DNA from: Eledone cirrhosa
Lineage: Eukaryota
DNA length: 64,000 nucleotides
Assembly: GCA_964016885.1 (NCBI GenBank)
Contig: OZ024742.1
Location: 144,522,001 to 144,586,000, forward strand
Direction of reading: 5' to 3'
The notes under the pieces are model-generated. The model saw only the letters and a program-made list of their open reading frames with translations. It did no database searches and was not told where the DNA came from. Position numbers and translations under genes: made by a program. Of this stretch, positions 37,521-50,221 are shown one piece after another (position 1 is the first letter of the stretch; each line of letters starts with the position of its first letter).

Positions 37521-38082
37521 ATTAAAACTCTCTATATTGATTAGTTTTCATAAGAGCTGGCATCACTGGTAATAATATACATTTTTTATGAGGTCTAATA
37601 CAATTGAAGTATGTCTGGAGTTGTCAACGCTCTACCGAAAATAGTCCCCATCTCTTCCATGTCTACATTTTATTTTTAACTAACTTTTATTAATTCAAAT
37701 TTTACGGTTGTCTTTCCTGCCTTTCCTGACCAGAATTAACCAGTGAGCTAAATTTTTCTGCTCTGTGTAATTTAATTAATTAAGATTTCTTGACTCAATA
37801 CATCAGCAACAGCTGTACGAACGCTAAAACATTTCCAGTGCTTCTTTTTTTTCTCATAAAATCTTCCCAGCGGTTCTCAGCTTTTTGTATTTCAGTTTTC
37901 ATCCGTGCTGTAACTATTTCACAATCAAAATCGTTATCGCTTGGCTAATTGATAAAAACGGTAGATCACAGGCCCTAATGACTAAGAATGTTTCATTTTG
38001 TGATTGAATATTCTGATTTCCATGAAAATATATATCAATAAATTATTCACGTTGTTTAAATCGAACATTCCTATCCAACGAA

Positions 38083-38268
38083 CGGTGGATTGACAGTATT
38101 GGTAGAGGGTCGGACGCCATGCTTTGCAGCATAGAGTTACGGCCCTTTATGGTATGAGTTCAAATACCACCGAGGTTAACTATGCCTTTCATCCTTACGG
38201 GGTCGATAAAATAAAGTACCAGTAATGCACTGGGTAATTGCTGGCCTTGTGCCTAAAGTAGAAATATT
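38083..38268 (+). mobile_element. tRNA-derived SINE, family 1
   Basis: Family consensus. Confidence 0.85.
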
Positions 38269-38270
38269 AT

Positions 38271-38391
38271 ATATATAGAAAGGACTTCTACAGGACTGGA
38301 ACTGTTTCATTCGTATGAAATCATCAGGAATGTCCTGATTATTTCATACGAAAGAAACATTTCTAGTCCTGTAGAAGTCATTTCTATATAT
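38271..38391. ncRNA. Fold-back palindrome of a hammerhead ribozyme motif
   Basis: Minus strand of the left arm reads TTC-CTGATGA-TTTCATACGAAT-GAAA-CAG-TTCCAGTC-CTGT-A-GAA; the right arm is a mutated mirror copy. Confidence 0.65.
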
Positions 38392-39449
38392 GATATATAT
38401 ATTTATCATATATACATATATGTGTGTGTGTGTCTGTGTGTGTATGCATGTGCTCGTGTGTGCGTGCATCTGCGTGCGTGTGCGTGTGCGTATGCGTTAA
38501 TCTAAAGAAGTATATATTCACAGTTTAGTATATATTCACTTTGAGTCATGCTAAGTGAACAAGTGTCTCCTACATTTTGAATGCCACATTTCACTAAAAT
38601 ATACGTTTTAACATATAATCAAGTGTAGTATGATAAAGGGATAATAGTCCAAGCTGCAACATGGTTCAGCACATTTTCTCCATAACAAGATACCTTCCCT
38701 ATCATTCCACACAATATATCTGGAAAAAAAATTTACTTCTACTTATATTGTTGTTGTTCGCTTTTGAGAGCGTTAATGATTCGGACTGTAGTTGCACAAA
38801 GTAATGCAAATCATTGTTATCGAAGCTGCTGAAAGTATAAAGCTGAGGTCTATCTATTTATATACTGAAAGTTTGTACGTGACTTTGGACAAATTACTAC
38901 ACCATCTCCACATCTATTTAGCTGCATAATATGCATTAAAAGAAGATGATTCAGCGGTGAAGCATTGATGATAGTAGAAATTGATAAGTAATCAGATAAT
39001 CTCTTATGTTGATTCTACATACTTCACATAGCTAAAACTACACCGCAAAGTCAGAGCGCCCTCTTCTGCTATGAATATATTTAATCTCATAACAATTCTC
39101 AGTCCCCTATAAGATTGAAACACTCCCTACTCTAGAGTATTGATAAAATATCTGATAAAGTAAATTTATTAACACACATATCCATATATATTTTAGATCA
39201 GATGAAAGCAATTGCCGTCATTCATAACACTTTCCTTGTCGATCCAGTGTGTGTTATCTGTGACTACATTCTTCAATTCGTCTCTCTTTATTTTCAGGAT
39301 GGCAGGGTACGATTTGAAGGATATTTAATTCTTATGAGCCGCTCACTCGCTGGCTGTCAAAAAAGAAAAAAAAAAAATGATCAAAGGTGCTCCAGCCCAA
39401 AACGTGCCATCTCTTTTAAGACGGTGGGGTAATATTTGAGGAGAATTTG

Positions 39450-39604
39450 AAGTCGCATTGATAGACACATTTTTCAAATGCAAGAGGGCGCTATAGAAGT
39501 GGTGGATAGCTTCCGGTACCTAGGAGATCAGATTAGCATGGGAGGAGGGTGTTCCGAGGCCATAGTATCTAGAATAAGGACGGGTTGGAAGAAGTTTAGG
39601 GAGC
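39450..39604 (+). mobile_element. Internal RTE RT fragment flanked by a 58-bp direct duplication
   Basis: IEVVDSFRYLGDQISMGGGCSEAIVSRIRTGWKKFRE; 39392-39449 equals 39605-39662. Confidence 0.8.
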
Positions 39605-40057
39605 CCAGCCCAAAACGTGCCATCTCTTTTAAGACGGTGGGGTAATATTTGAGGAGAATTTGGTTGATATTTCTAGCAAGATCAACAACCGAAAGGAGGC
39701 TTATGTATAGGAAGCAGTTTCTGTTAATAATTCTCCGATTTAGTCAACTATATAACTGCTTTTGCTCTCCGGAAATTTCCATCATCATCCCGGAACTTTC
39801 TACGAGGATTTCTTATATTGGAATTATTTGCTCATACTGGGCCTCGGGAAATAAATTAGCCTACCGTTCCTGCCAGAAGTCTAGGGATATAATAAATGAT
39901 ATCAGTATTTTTAAATGTATCATAATTTCCTGTCATTTGAAAATAGGTTCATACTTATATTTGTTACCATACAACAGACTTCAAATAACTTTTAGATTCC
40001 ATCAAAACATATGTGTGTAAGTGTATGTATGTATGTGTATGTATGTGTATGTATATG

Positions 40058-40093
<36 letters not shown>

Positions 40094-40098
40094 TGTAT

Positions 40099-40707
40099 GT
40101 CAGGTCACCACTTGGTGCTACTGGTAACATGTATCCCAGTACAACCTGTCTCATGGTCGGGTCGTTGGCGACTAAACTGGCAACCCCACCAAGGTTTCTT
40201 GGTGAGGAGGGTGACTTTGGACATCCTGCAGGACTAAAAACAAAACCTGTCAAAGGGCAAGGGAGCTCTTAAGAGTCAATAGCCATCCAAAATCACCGGG
40301 AGAGATGACCCCTTAGCCTTTGTCAAGGCAGAATTCTAGGAGAAGGAAAACTCTGATATAACACCTGCAACCCTGATGGTATCCAATGATGTTGACTTGT
40401 TCTTCTTTTTGGTAAATATCATCTTGGTTAAGAGAGTGGGACTGGCTTTGTGCAGTGCCTTTGCTCACTATAAAAGCCTCACAGCACAGGCATTGCTTTA
40501 TATCTGGAGATCTCTCTGCACTTGTCATCACATGGTACCATGGGCCCTGCACTATGTGTCAATAATGGTCACAAGTGTAGTGTTTGTACCAGAGTTTTCA
40601 AGTCGCTGGCTGGACTAAAAAGTCACATTCGTTCAGCGCATCGGTAGGGGTTCTCCTACATGGATATAAAGTAGTGGCCGTACTCGAAAACGAGTTGGCA
40701 GTCACCA
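40099..40707 (+). mobile_element. Full-length RTE-derived bipartite non-autonomous element, subfamily A
   Basis: Near-identical to 8322-8927; (TATG)n on both sides. Confidence 0.82.
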
Positions 40708-41433
40708 TGTATGTATGTATGTATACGTGTGTATATATATATATATATATTTTGAGTATATGTTGGTTAGAACACCAATACTTATATATATATATATATA
40801 TATGTTAGTATTGGTGTTCTGAAATAGCGATGCATACATGAATGTATGTATAATATATTTGGCAATATACTGTATGAACACTATGGAGCAGATTCAAATT
40901 GAAAAATTGAAACGGGCCATGAAGCACTCAACTAGGGCTTCCATAGAAAATCAGACATAGTTGCAAACAATTAATTAATAAATCGAACTATAATAAACAT
41001 AATAAAAAGTTCAACTTACAATTTGAATACTGGTTAATCCACTGATAATGAAACGAAGCTATCGAATAGGATCGACACAGCTTCGATCATTTTCTCACTC
41101 ACTCAATAATTCAATTAAGGCAGTAACCGATGTTTCTTCAGTCATTATATTTATCTTAGTCATTCACTCTCATTCTTTAAATGTTTTCTCGTTACTGTGG
41201 TTTTTACCTCTAATAAGCCTTCGGTAAAGAGAAAGAAACCAAGCAGGACATGAAATACGCCCCGGTAATATTTATATGGCTGATTGGAATCACAGTACAA
41301 GAAAATACATGTCACACTTGTCACATTTGTGTCATGCTGAATCCCCTGAGAACTATGTGCTGGCATTTCTGTTGTTCGATCAACTGGATCATTCGTTATC
41401 GGAAGTGACTCCAGTCCAACATTAACAATACAA

Positions 41434-41683
41434 TGGTTTCTGATTTAGGCACAAAGTCAACAATTTTTGGAGAAGGGGGTAAGTCGATTAAATTGATCTT
41501 AGTGTGTTATTAGTACTTTATTTTATCGACCCCGTAAGTCAAAGCTTTATTTTATCGACCCCGTAAGTCAAAGCTAATCTCGGTGGGATTTGAACTCAGA
41601 TTGTAAAGAGACATAACTCTATGCTACAAAGCATGTTGTCCAACGCTTTACCGATACTGCTTTACCGATACTGCTAATCCGCC
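41434..41683 (-). mobile_element. tRNA-derived SINE, family 1, with internal tandem duplications
   Basis: TTTATTTTATCGACCCCGTAAGTCAAAGC x2 and CTTTACCGATACTG x2. Confidence 0.8.
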
Positions 41684-42499
41684 CTTACAACACCAATATA
41701 ACAACACAAAGACAGTTTAATCTTACCACAAAATGAAGGAAAATAACATTCTCCTAATATCACGTGATTTTCCAGGAATAATAAATAATTTCCAGGAATA
41801 ATAAATAATTTAAAATAGACTAGGTTTTAGGAAGAGAAAATTATTTAGCTGTTAGCTTGCTGTAGTTGAAACTAAATATTAATTGCACTAACCTTATCCA
41901 GTTAACATCACCTTCCCCATTTAAGATGGACTAAAACATTTTGGCGCACTGCCCATCCTGCTCAAATATATAAAACTTAGTCATATAATTACAGCTATCT
42001 AGTTTGTTACAATGTCACCAGATTTTAATTATGGAAGAGGTGCAGCAAGGCTATAAAAAATGATAAAACCTAGAAATTTTGGAAAGAATTTAAATTTACA
42101 AACAACAAAAGAATAAAACTGTTGTTATTTAACTTTACGTCAGTCCTGATTGAGAAGACCTGTTATCAAAATTACAGGTATGACCACTTTCAAACATGTG
42201 TTTATGACTACATTATCAAATCAATGTGAAGACGTTGGATTGGTACCGCCCCTAAAATATATGATAATTGCACCAAGTAAAAAAATCCAACATTTTTCAG
42301 ATAACTGATTCCGTTGTTCAGTATTTATTCTGACTTAAAATGGCTCGACTTACCTTTAGTAATATATCTGAAAATGACATGAACAACAGACCTCACTGTT
42401 ATCTTTCTATGATATAATACCATCGTTTCGTTCTCATATGTTTATGCTTTCTTATATGTGCCATTTGTATGTATACATTTCAAGTATTGCAGTGAGGTT

Positions 42500-42790
42500 A
42501 AGAAGTTTACTGTGTGGTTTTATGTTTGATCTCCCTATACTTGGGAAAGTGTCTTCTTTCGTATCCCCTGATCGACTAAAGCTTTGGCAGTAAAATTTTG
42601 GTAGACGGTAACTATATGGAAGCTTGTCAGAGAAATTGCCCTTCCTGTCCTTAAGAAGTAAACTCAATCTATCACCTGTTTTAACAGCATCACCTGATGC
42701 TTGGGTGTCTTTGGCAAACTCGCTTTGTTGCAAGCATTCAGATCAGGTCTCTGGTATGAGAACAATATCTTCCTTTCCTCTCACCAGTCA
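42500..42790 (-). mobile_element. Highly decayed RTE-like RT fragment
   Basis: EDIVLIPET*SECLQQSEFAKDTQASG and DTFPSIG resemble DDIVL..F....FGL and FPYLG motifs. Confidence 0.4.
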
Positions 42791-43171
42791 CGGAGGCACC
42801 GAATAATTTAATGAGAGCTTAACTTCGAAAAAAAACCCAAAAAACTAAAAGAAAGAAACATGCAAGCGGTCTACATTAAGAAAAACATTTGATGATTTTT
42901 GATGTATGACTTCACAGCAGCAGCAACAGCAGTCATAATTTTCTTTCTCTCTTGGTTTAACTACAGAAATTGGATTCCTGGTTGTTTACTCGTCTACGGA
43001 AGCAAAATAACTGACGCTAATGACCAGCCAAGCCATTAACAAACCTAAGTTGATCATCTATAAAGGATTCAACTAATTAAACTTGCAACAATATAATATT
43101 CACATCAATATTGTTGTGAAAGACGAGCTTTCAGACCTTATGAACAGTGACATAAAAGTTACTGATACAGA

Positions 43172-43520
43172 TACCACACCACCGCCACTAATACCACCAA
43201 CACCACCACCACCACTAACACCACCACCACCACTAATACCACCAACACCACCAACATCACTAACACCACCAACACCACCACCACCACTAACACCACCACC
43301 ACCACTAACACCAACACCACCACCACCACTAATACCACCAACACCACCAACATCACTAACACCACCAACACCACCACCACCACTAACACCACCACCACCA
43401 CTAACACCAACACCACCACCACCACTAATACCACCAACACCACCAACATCACTAACACCACCAACACCACCACCACCACTAACACCACCACCACCACTAA
43501 CACCACCAACACCACTAACA
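43172..43520. repeat. Higher-order (CCA/ACA/CTA) trinucleotide minisatellite
   Basis: Translates to repeated PPPPLIPPTPPTSLTPPTPPPPLTPPPPLTPT blocks (~96-bp period). Confidence 0.85.
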
Positions 43521-43734
43521 AACGCCATCACCATCGTTGCAATCACTGCCAACATCACTCAACTCCACTAGTAATAAACAACAATGTTGTCATCCATAAT
43601 ACCATCCACCATTATCCTCATCATCACTACCACCACCATCACTACTACCGACACCATCACTATCACCGCCACTACCATCACGATGACGTTGGGTTCCACC
43701 ATTACTACAACCACTATCATCGTTAACACTTCCT

Positions 43735-43876
43735 CCCCACCACCACTGCCACCATCACCGCCATCACCTTTAACACCTCCCCCACCACCACTACCACCAT
43801 CATCACCATCATCATCATCATCATCATCATCATCACCACCACCACTACCACCACCACCATCACCATCATCATCACC

Positions 43877-43937
<61 letters not shown>

Positions 43938-44076
43938 CCACCATCATCATCACCACCATCACCACCATCATCATCATCATCATCATCATCACCACCACCA
44001 CCACCACCACCACCACCACCACCACCACCACCATCATCACCACCACCGCCATCATCATCACCACCACCACCACCAT

Positions 44077-44147
<71 letters not shown>

Positions 44148-44194
44148 CCACCACCACCACCACCACCACCACCACCATCACCACCACCACCATC

Positions 44195-44240
<46 letters not shown>

Positions 44241-44260
44241 CCATCACCACCACCACCACC

Positions 44261-44294
<34 letters not shown>

Positions 44295-44300
44295 TCATCA
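43735..44300. repeat. Compound (CAC)n/(CAT)n trinucleotide tract
   Basis: Direct reading. Confidence 0.95.
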
Positions 44301-44709
44301 TCGTCGGTGCCACCATTTAAACCAAACTCACAACCATCATTTGTTCCCACGCATTTATATGTACCCTCCACGTCACTCCACCACCACTAACACCACGACT
44401 GCACCGCCACTACCAGCACCAATCAGCTTCACCGTCACGATCACAATCCCGTTAACTATTCTACACTACCCCAATCACTATCGTTCCCATTAACACCATC
44501 CACTATTCCCATTCAACCAACTCCTAAATACCACAACCTCCAACACGACCAGTGTTCTACCACGAACACATCTTCCCCTCCAACTTCATCACCATTTTTA
44601 TCGCTACTATTAATTTTCACTAGCACATGCCATCACCATCACAACCATTACCATTTCCATTAACAGTATGTTCACTTACCATTTCACCACCAACCACACT
44701 ACTACTACT

Positions 44710-44743
<34 letters not shown>

Positions 44744-45284
44744 CCATTATTACCATCCCCACCACCATTACCGCCGTCACCACCACCATCAGCATCGTCA
44801 CTGATATCACCAACACAAACATTACCTCCACCATCACCTCCACCAGTTCTTCCTCCCTCTCTTTAATTCCCAACTCCTAACCAACAATCGCAGCCATATA
44901 CTTTTAAAAATATAATTATTCGTTAACCATCGGAATGATATTTCGGCCGCTCTATTGCTGTTTATAGCTTTAATTAATTCAAATATCAAAACCTTCTACC
45001 ACATCCGTGTATAGACAGAGCTGGAGAGCTGGAGCCTTTTCGAAAAAGTCACCCTCACCACCATCCGACTGCTTCCGTTATGATCCTAACCCAACCACAT
45101 TTAACCTGACATTTTTCTATCTCAATATCAAAGGAATGACCTGTTACGTTATATAATCTTATGACTGCTTTATGAATATGGGTGGGGTAGACAGGCAATA
45201 AGACTGGAGTAAGTAATGGCGATGGTGGTGGTGGTGGTGGTGGTTTCAGTGTCTGAAGGGGATGGTGGTGGCGACTGATATTAT

Positions 45285-45472
45285 TGGTGGATTGGCAGTA
45301 TCGATAGAGGGTCGGACGCCATGCTTTCCAGGATAGTTACGTCCCTTTACGATCTGAGTTCAAATCCCGCCGAGGTTAACTTTGCCTTTCATCCTTACGG
45401 GGTCGATAAAATAAAGTACCAGTAATGCACTGGGTAATTGCTGGCCTTGTGCCTAAATTAGAAACAATTATT
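45285..45472 (+). mobile_element. tRNA-derived SINE, family 1
   Basis: Family consensus, full length. Confidence 0.85.
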
Positions 45473-46870
45473 AATAGTAGTATTGAGGGGGATGATAATA
45501 GTTTCAGGATCTAGTGGTATTCGGCCCTGAACTGGAATGTTAAATTGTACGGGACGGGTTTATGATTAAATTAACCTGTTTCTGAACTAAACCTACTAAA
45601 CCATGTGTCATTTTTCACTCCTATTTCTAGTGACCATTTAATTGTTTGAAAGAAGGGTGCATCAAATAATATGGTGGGTGCTAATTTATATAGCACCAGT
45701 CGACATCCTAATGTAATGGTGACAAAGAAAATTACTTTCATGGAAGTCAAAACAGAAAATTTGAGGACGCAGAACACATCATTACAGTATTCTGAAAAGA
45801 TGGGAACATTTATGGTCTCTAGAAGTAATATTACTATCAAAATTTGTTATCTTTTATGTTTCAGGAAGAAGGAATAGTAACATTAATGATTTTTATTTGT
45901 CAAGGCCTTCAAAGCTGGCAGGGTGGCTGGAAGAAGATTTCTTTGTGCTGGAGGTGGGACTGAATGCTTGTATTAGAGTGGAAGGTTGCTAAAAGCACCT
46001 AAGGGTAAATTAGTCGTGGTAAACCGGGTAATGGATTAGATCTACCAGTCAAATAGGTTACGGCTGGATTTGATCTCAGAACTCAAAGAGCCATGATAAA
46101 TATTTCAAGGCATCCTAGCCGACGCTCCAACGATTCTGTCAGTCCACCGCTCTGGGCTGATATTTAATTATCGACCTCGAAAGGATGAAAGTCAAACTTA
46201 CCTTCGGAGGGATTTGAAATCAGAGTATCATAGTAAATTACGCAAGGTATTTAGTCCGATGCTTAGACGATTCTGCTAACTTAAATATCTGAAATGATAG
46301 ATAGACGAAATGTAAGTCTAAATATTTATCTAATGTAAAACTATAAATAAAGAAAACCAACATAAAACAAAACAGCAAGGTATATATATATATGGGAGGG
46401 AGAAGTTTTTTCCAAGTAGACACCCAACCTTAATTTACAAGGGGAGTGCAGACCTGTCAACTCTCTCCGTCCGACGGGGAGATCTCCCACCCACTTTGGG
46501 TGAGTGAGAGATGTCTTCTCTTGTGAAAATGGGTATAGCTTTCATTACGTAAAATCTCCCCATTTTGCCTCATTTCTCCCCGTTTTGGGGCACTTTTTTT
46601 CATGGTACTCCCCGTTCGGGTTTTTAGAGGTTTGCAGGTCTGGGAGTGAGTCAATCACGAATTATTAAACGAGCCTTTGGGCAAGGAGAAACTTTTAAAT
46701 GATTAAGTAGTTCTCAGATCTTTTGTTTTTATGCTTTCTTGTTTCTTTGAAATGGCAATACTCTGGGGTGGATATATGTATGGGACATGGAGTAGCCAGA
46801 CTGTAAATATAGAAAGACACCTGTTATCATTTCCCATAATGATGTTAGTATTATTAGTAGTAGCAGCTGA

Positions 46871-47279
46871 GGGCGGTGAATTAGAGCGTCGAACATCATG
46901 CTTCGCAGCATAGAGTTACGGCCCTTTACGTTATGAGTTATGATTTCAAATCCCGCAGAGGTTATCTTTGCCGTTCATCCTTATGGGGTCAATAAAACAA
47001 AGTACCAGTAACGCACTGGGGGTCGATTTAATTGACTTTTCCCTCCCCCAAAATTGTTGGCTTTGTGCCTAAATCAGAAACCATTACGGTGGATTGGCAA
47101 TATCGGTAGAGGGTCGGGCGCCATGCATTGAAGCATAGAGTTACCTCCCTTTATGATCTGAATTCAAATCCCGCCGAGGTTAACTTTGCCTTTCATCCTT
47201 ATGGGGTCGATAAAATAAAGTACCAGTAATGCACTGGGATAATTGCTGGCCTGGTGCCAAAAGTAGAAACAATTATTAA
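46871..47279 (+). mobile_element. Two head-to-tail tRNA-derived SINEs, family 1
   Basis: Long variant 46871-47085 followed immediately by short variant 47087-47279. Confidence 0.8.
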
Positions 47280-47464
47280 TTGCCCAGCTTATATCCAATA
47301 TGTTAAATTTATATGCACCAATAATATGCGAGATAAATAACAAATTTACTCTCCTTACTATTTCTATCTGATGTCCTTTTTTAGGCCACCAGCTCTTTAT
47401 TGAGTTATAGAGTGCCATAGTGATATACGGTGTGTCTTGGGTATTTAAACATGGCGGAAGCAAT

Positions 47465-47720
47465 CCCAAATTGAGAGATCACTACGCCGATATTACGGAC
47501 GTGTAGTTAGAATGTCTCAGGAAAAAATCACTGGACAGATTTTGCGGGCAAAAACCAACCGACAGGAGACCCAGGGGTAGACACGGAGCAAGATTATTGG
47601 ATAGCATCTATGATCTCGGCTGGTCTCACTTGGGGATACAGCAGGATCAGTTGGAGATGCTTGTTTCTGACAGGACCCACTGGAAAGAGTGTTTGAGGAC
47701 TCTGGAATAATTGGGCGAAA
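47465..47720 (+). mobile_element. 3' fragment of the RTE LINE family seen at 24885-27290
   Basis: CCGATATTACGGACGTGTAGTTAGAATGTCTCAGGAAA..GACCCAGGGGTAGAC (R.YGHV.RMSQE..RPRGRP). Confidence 0.7.
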
Positions 47721-47778
47721 AAGAAGTTAAAGGAACCAACCCATCTCCTGTTTCGTCCACACAGAGAGAGGGAGAGAG

Positions 47779-47833
<55 letters not shown>

Positions 47834-48252
47834 GAGAGAGAGGGAGAGAGAGAGAGTAGATAATGAGAGAAGATGAATCGATACTAGTATTTCAATGACC
47901 AACCCGGAAGGAATAAAAAGCAAAGTTGAACTCGGTCAGACTTGAACTGAAAGCAAAGTGAGCCGAAATAAACGTTTCAACGCATCTAATATGGCATTCT
48001 AACGACTTTGCCAATCGCCAAGTTTCCTCCTGTCCCTTTAAAACAAGAACCATTCCAAATTCGGCAACATTTTGAAATGTAAATAAATAGTTGTTTCATA
48101 CCAGTCCGGTACTCGGGTCGATTCTTCCTCTATATTTCTTTCTCATTTCCTCTCTATCATTCGCTCTCCCTTTTTAGAAGAATTGGACTGTGTTCCGATA
48201 TGGGGAGGGGATGAGTTCCAGCAGTTTAAAGTCACCAAAACATGCTATGCAG

Positions 48253-48471
48253 CAGGCATGTCAAACTGAGGGTCCCCCGAGAGCCACACGGGTCACATAC
48301 GTGTTGTTTGAGGGCCACACACGACAACTAATTGCGCACATTACAACTAATATTTTTTTGTTTTATATTACAAAGATAAAACATGCTCGCGCTGAAAAAC
48401 CTTTGTGCGGGCCGCAACTGTGCTTGTAAAGAGCCGCATATGGCTCACGGGCCGTATGTTTGACATGCCTG
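48253..48471. mobile_element. hAT-superfamily MITE (219 bp)
   Basis: TIRs CAGGCATGTCAAAC / GTTTGACATGCCTG and a perfect 8-bp TSD CTATGCAG (48245-48252, 48472-48479). Confidence 0.92.
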
Positions 48472-48824
48472 CTATGCAGCATATCGGTGCCCCCCAACCC
48501 CGCCACGACTCTATCAGGAGTTATGGGCTAATACATATATATAATAGATGTTATAGAAAATTGATTTTATAATATATTTTTTATTTGTTCTCCAGAGCAA
48601 CAAACATTCGATTATTCATATTTTATTACTTATCGATAAACGATAATCCTCCACTTAAAGAAAAAAATAATCCCGTTTTATATAAGATGGTGCAAACTGT
48701 TCGAAATATATCGAAATTATATAATGATAATAATAGATTATTTTTTACTAGACTAAATATTATAGGAAATGTGGAACTTCTAACATTTGTACTTTCACCA
48801 AGTCAATTAAAGTGAAATAATTTT

Positions 48825-49051
48825 CAGCCAGCAGGAGACCCAGCGGTAAAACCCGAGCAAGATGGTTGGATAACATCCTTAAGCCGGACTGGTTTCGCTT
48901 GGGGATCCAAACGGATCAATTGGAGACGGTTGCCTGTGACAGGAGCAGCTGAAAGGAGTACTTGACGACTCAGACCTCACTATCTACCCAGGAAGAAGAA
49001 GAAGAAGAAGAAGAAGAAGAAGAAGAAGAAGAAGAAGAAGAAGAAGAAGAA
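48825..49051 (+). mobile_element. RTE LINE 3' fragment with (GAA)n tail
   Basis: GGAGACCCAGCGGTAAAACCCGAGCAAGATGGTTGGATAACATC..., then (GAA)n at 48992-49051. Confidence 0.75.
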
Positions 49052-49210
49052 TCTTCTGTACATCTTTGGTTCATAAGAAACTTGCAATCCATTCTTTAGT
49101 GCTTGATCATCGTACATTTCAACATTGATTCACCGATAATCGGGAAAATTGTTCCTCTACTTTCCAGTACCACCAGCAACTAATTTATTGCAAGCGATAC
49201 TAACAAGAGT

Positions 49211-49272
49211 TCCCGATTCAGTGGAACCTCGGTTCACGAACGCCTCTCATCATGGACAAATCGGTTCACGAA
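49211..49272 (+). mobile_element. Solo pogo/Tigger-like terminal sequence
   Basis: CAGTGGAACCTCGGTTCACGAAC with an internal repeat TCGGTTCACGAA; no partner end seen. Confidence 0.45.
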
Positions 49273-49281
49273 TATGTCGGG

Positions 49282-49326
<45 letters not shown>

Positions 49327-49363
49327 CACACACATAAACGGACACGCACGCACGCACACACAC

Positions 49364-49416
<53 letters not shown>

Positions 49417-50127
49417 CATGACAGGGAAGCCATGTCGTACCAGTAATAAACCCAATTCTTATATATGGATGGGTGTATTTAACCGTGCGTGGATGCGTGA
49501 AACACGGGGAACAGCAACACCATGGATAGTGAGTGTATATATACATATAGGTATATAATTTTATTACTTCATCAGGAGGGAGAATAGCACTTTTAGGAAA
49601 GTAAATTGAAACCTTAGACCTGATCTGGAATCTTGCTACGGGGTGAAGAACGCTAACGTATCCAAGAACGAAGTGGAAGCGTTAAACTGCACGACGGATT
49701 AAGTTTACTACTCAATACTCAAGATGGTCACGGCGTGATTTGAACTCAGAGCACAAAGAACCGGGATAAATATTACAAAGTAATTTTGTACGACCTTTCT
49801 AACGAGTCTTGCAAATTGCAGCCCGGAGGAAACATAGACCATGTACCAGATCTCCCTAAAAGAAATTAATAGTGAAAGAGTAATTTTATCAATTTAAGAA
49901 TACATAAACATTGTTACACCCACTTTCGTGTATTTCTTAATAGTACTGTCTTCAACGAATTATAATGATTCGTCGTAATTTTGCGACCAGATCAGCGACA
50001 CGATTACCCAGCATAGTAAAAGCTATGGAGGAGTATATTGTTTAAATAATAGCATAATTTATAGTCGAATTAACGTCATATGTTGGCCATAATGAGAAGA
50101 CGAAAACAATAATATCAGCCCTAATTA

Positions 50128-50221
50128 TAATTGTTTCTACTTTTGGCACAAGGCCAGCAATTACCCAGTACATTACTGATACTTTATTTTATCGACCCTG
50201 TAAGGATGAAAGGCAAAGTTA
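50128..50221 (-). mobile_element. 3' half of SINE family 1
   Basis: Reverse complement of core and tail. Confidence 0.75.
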
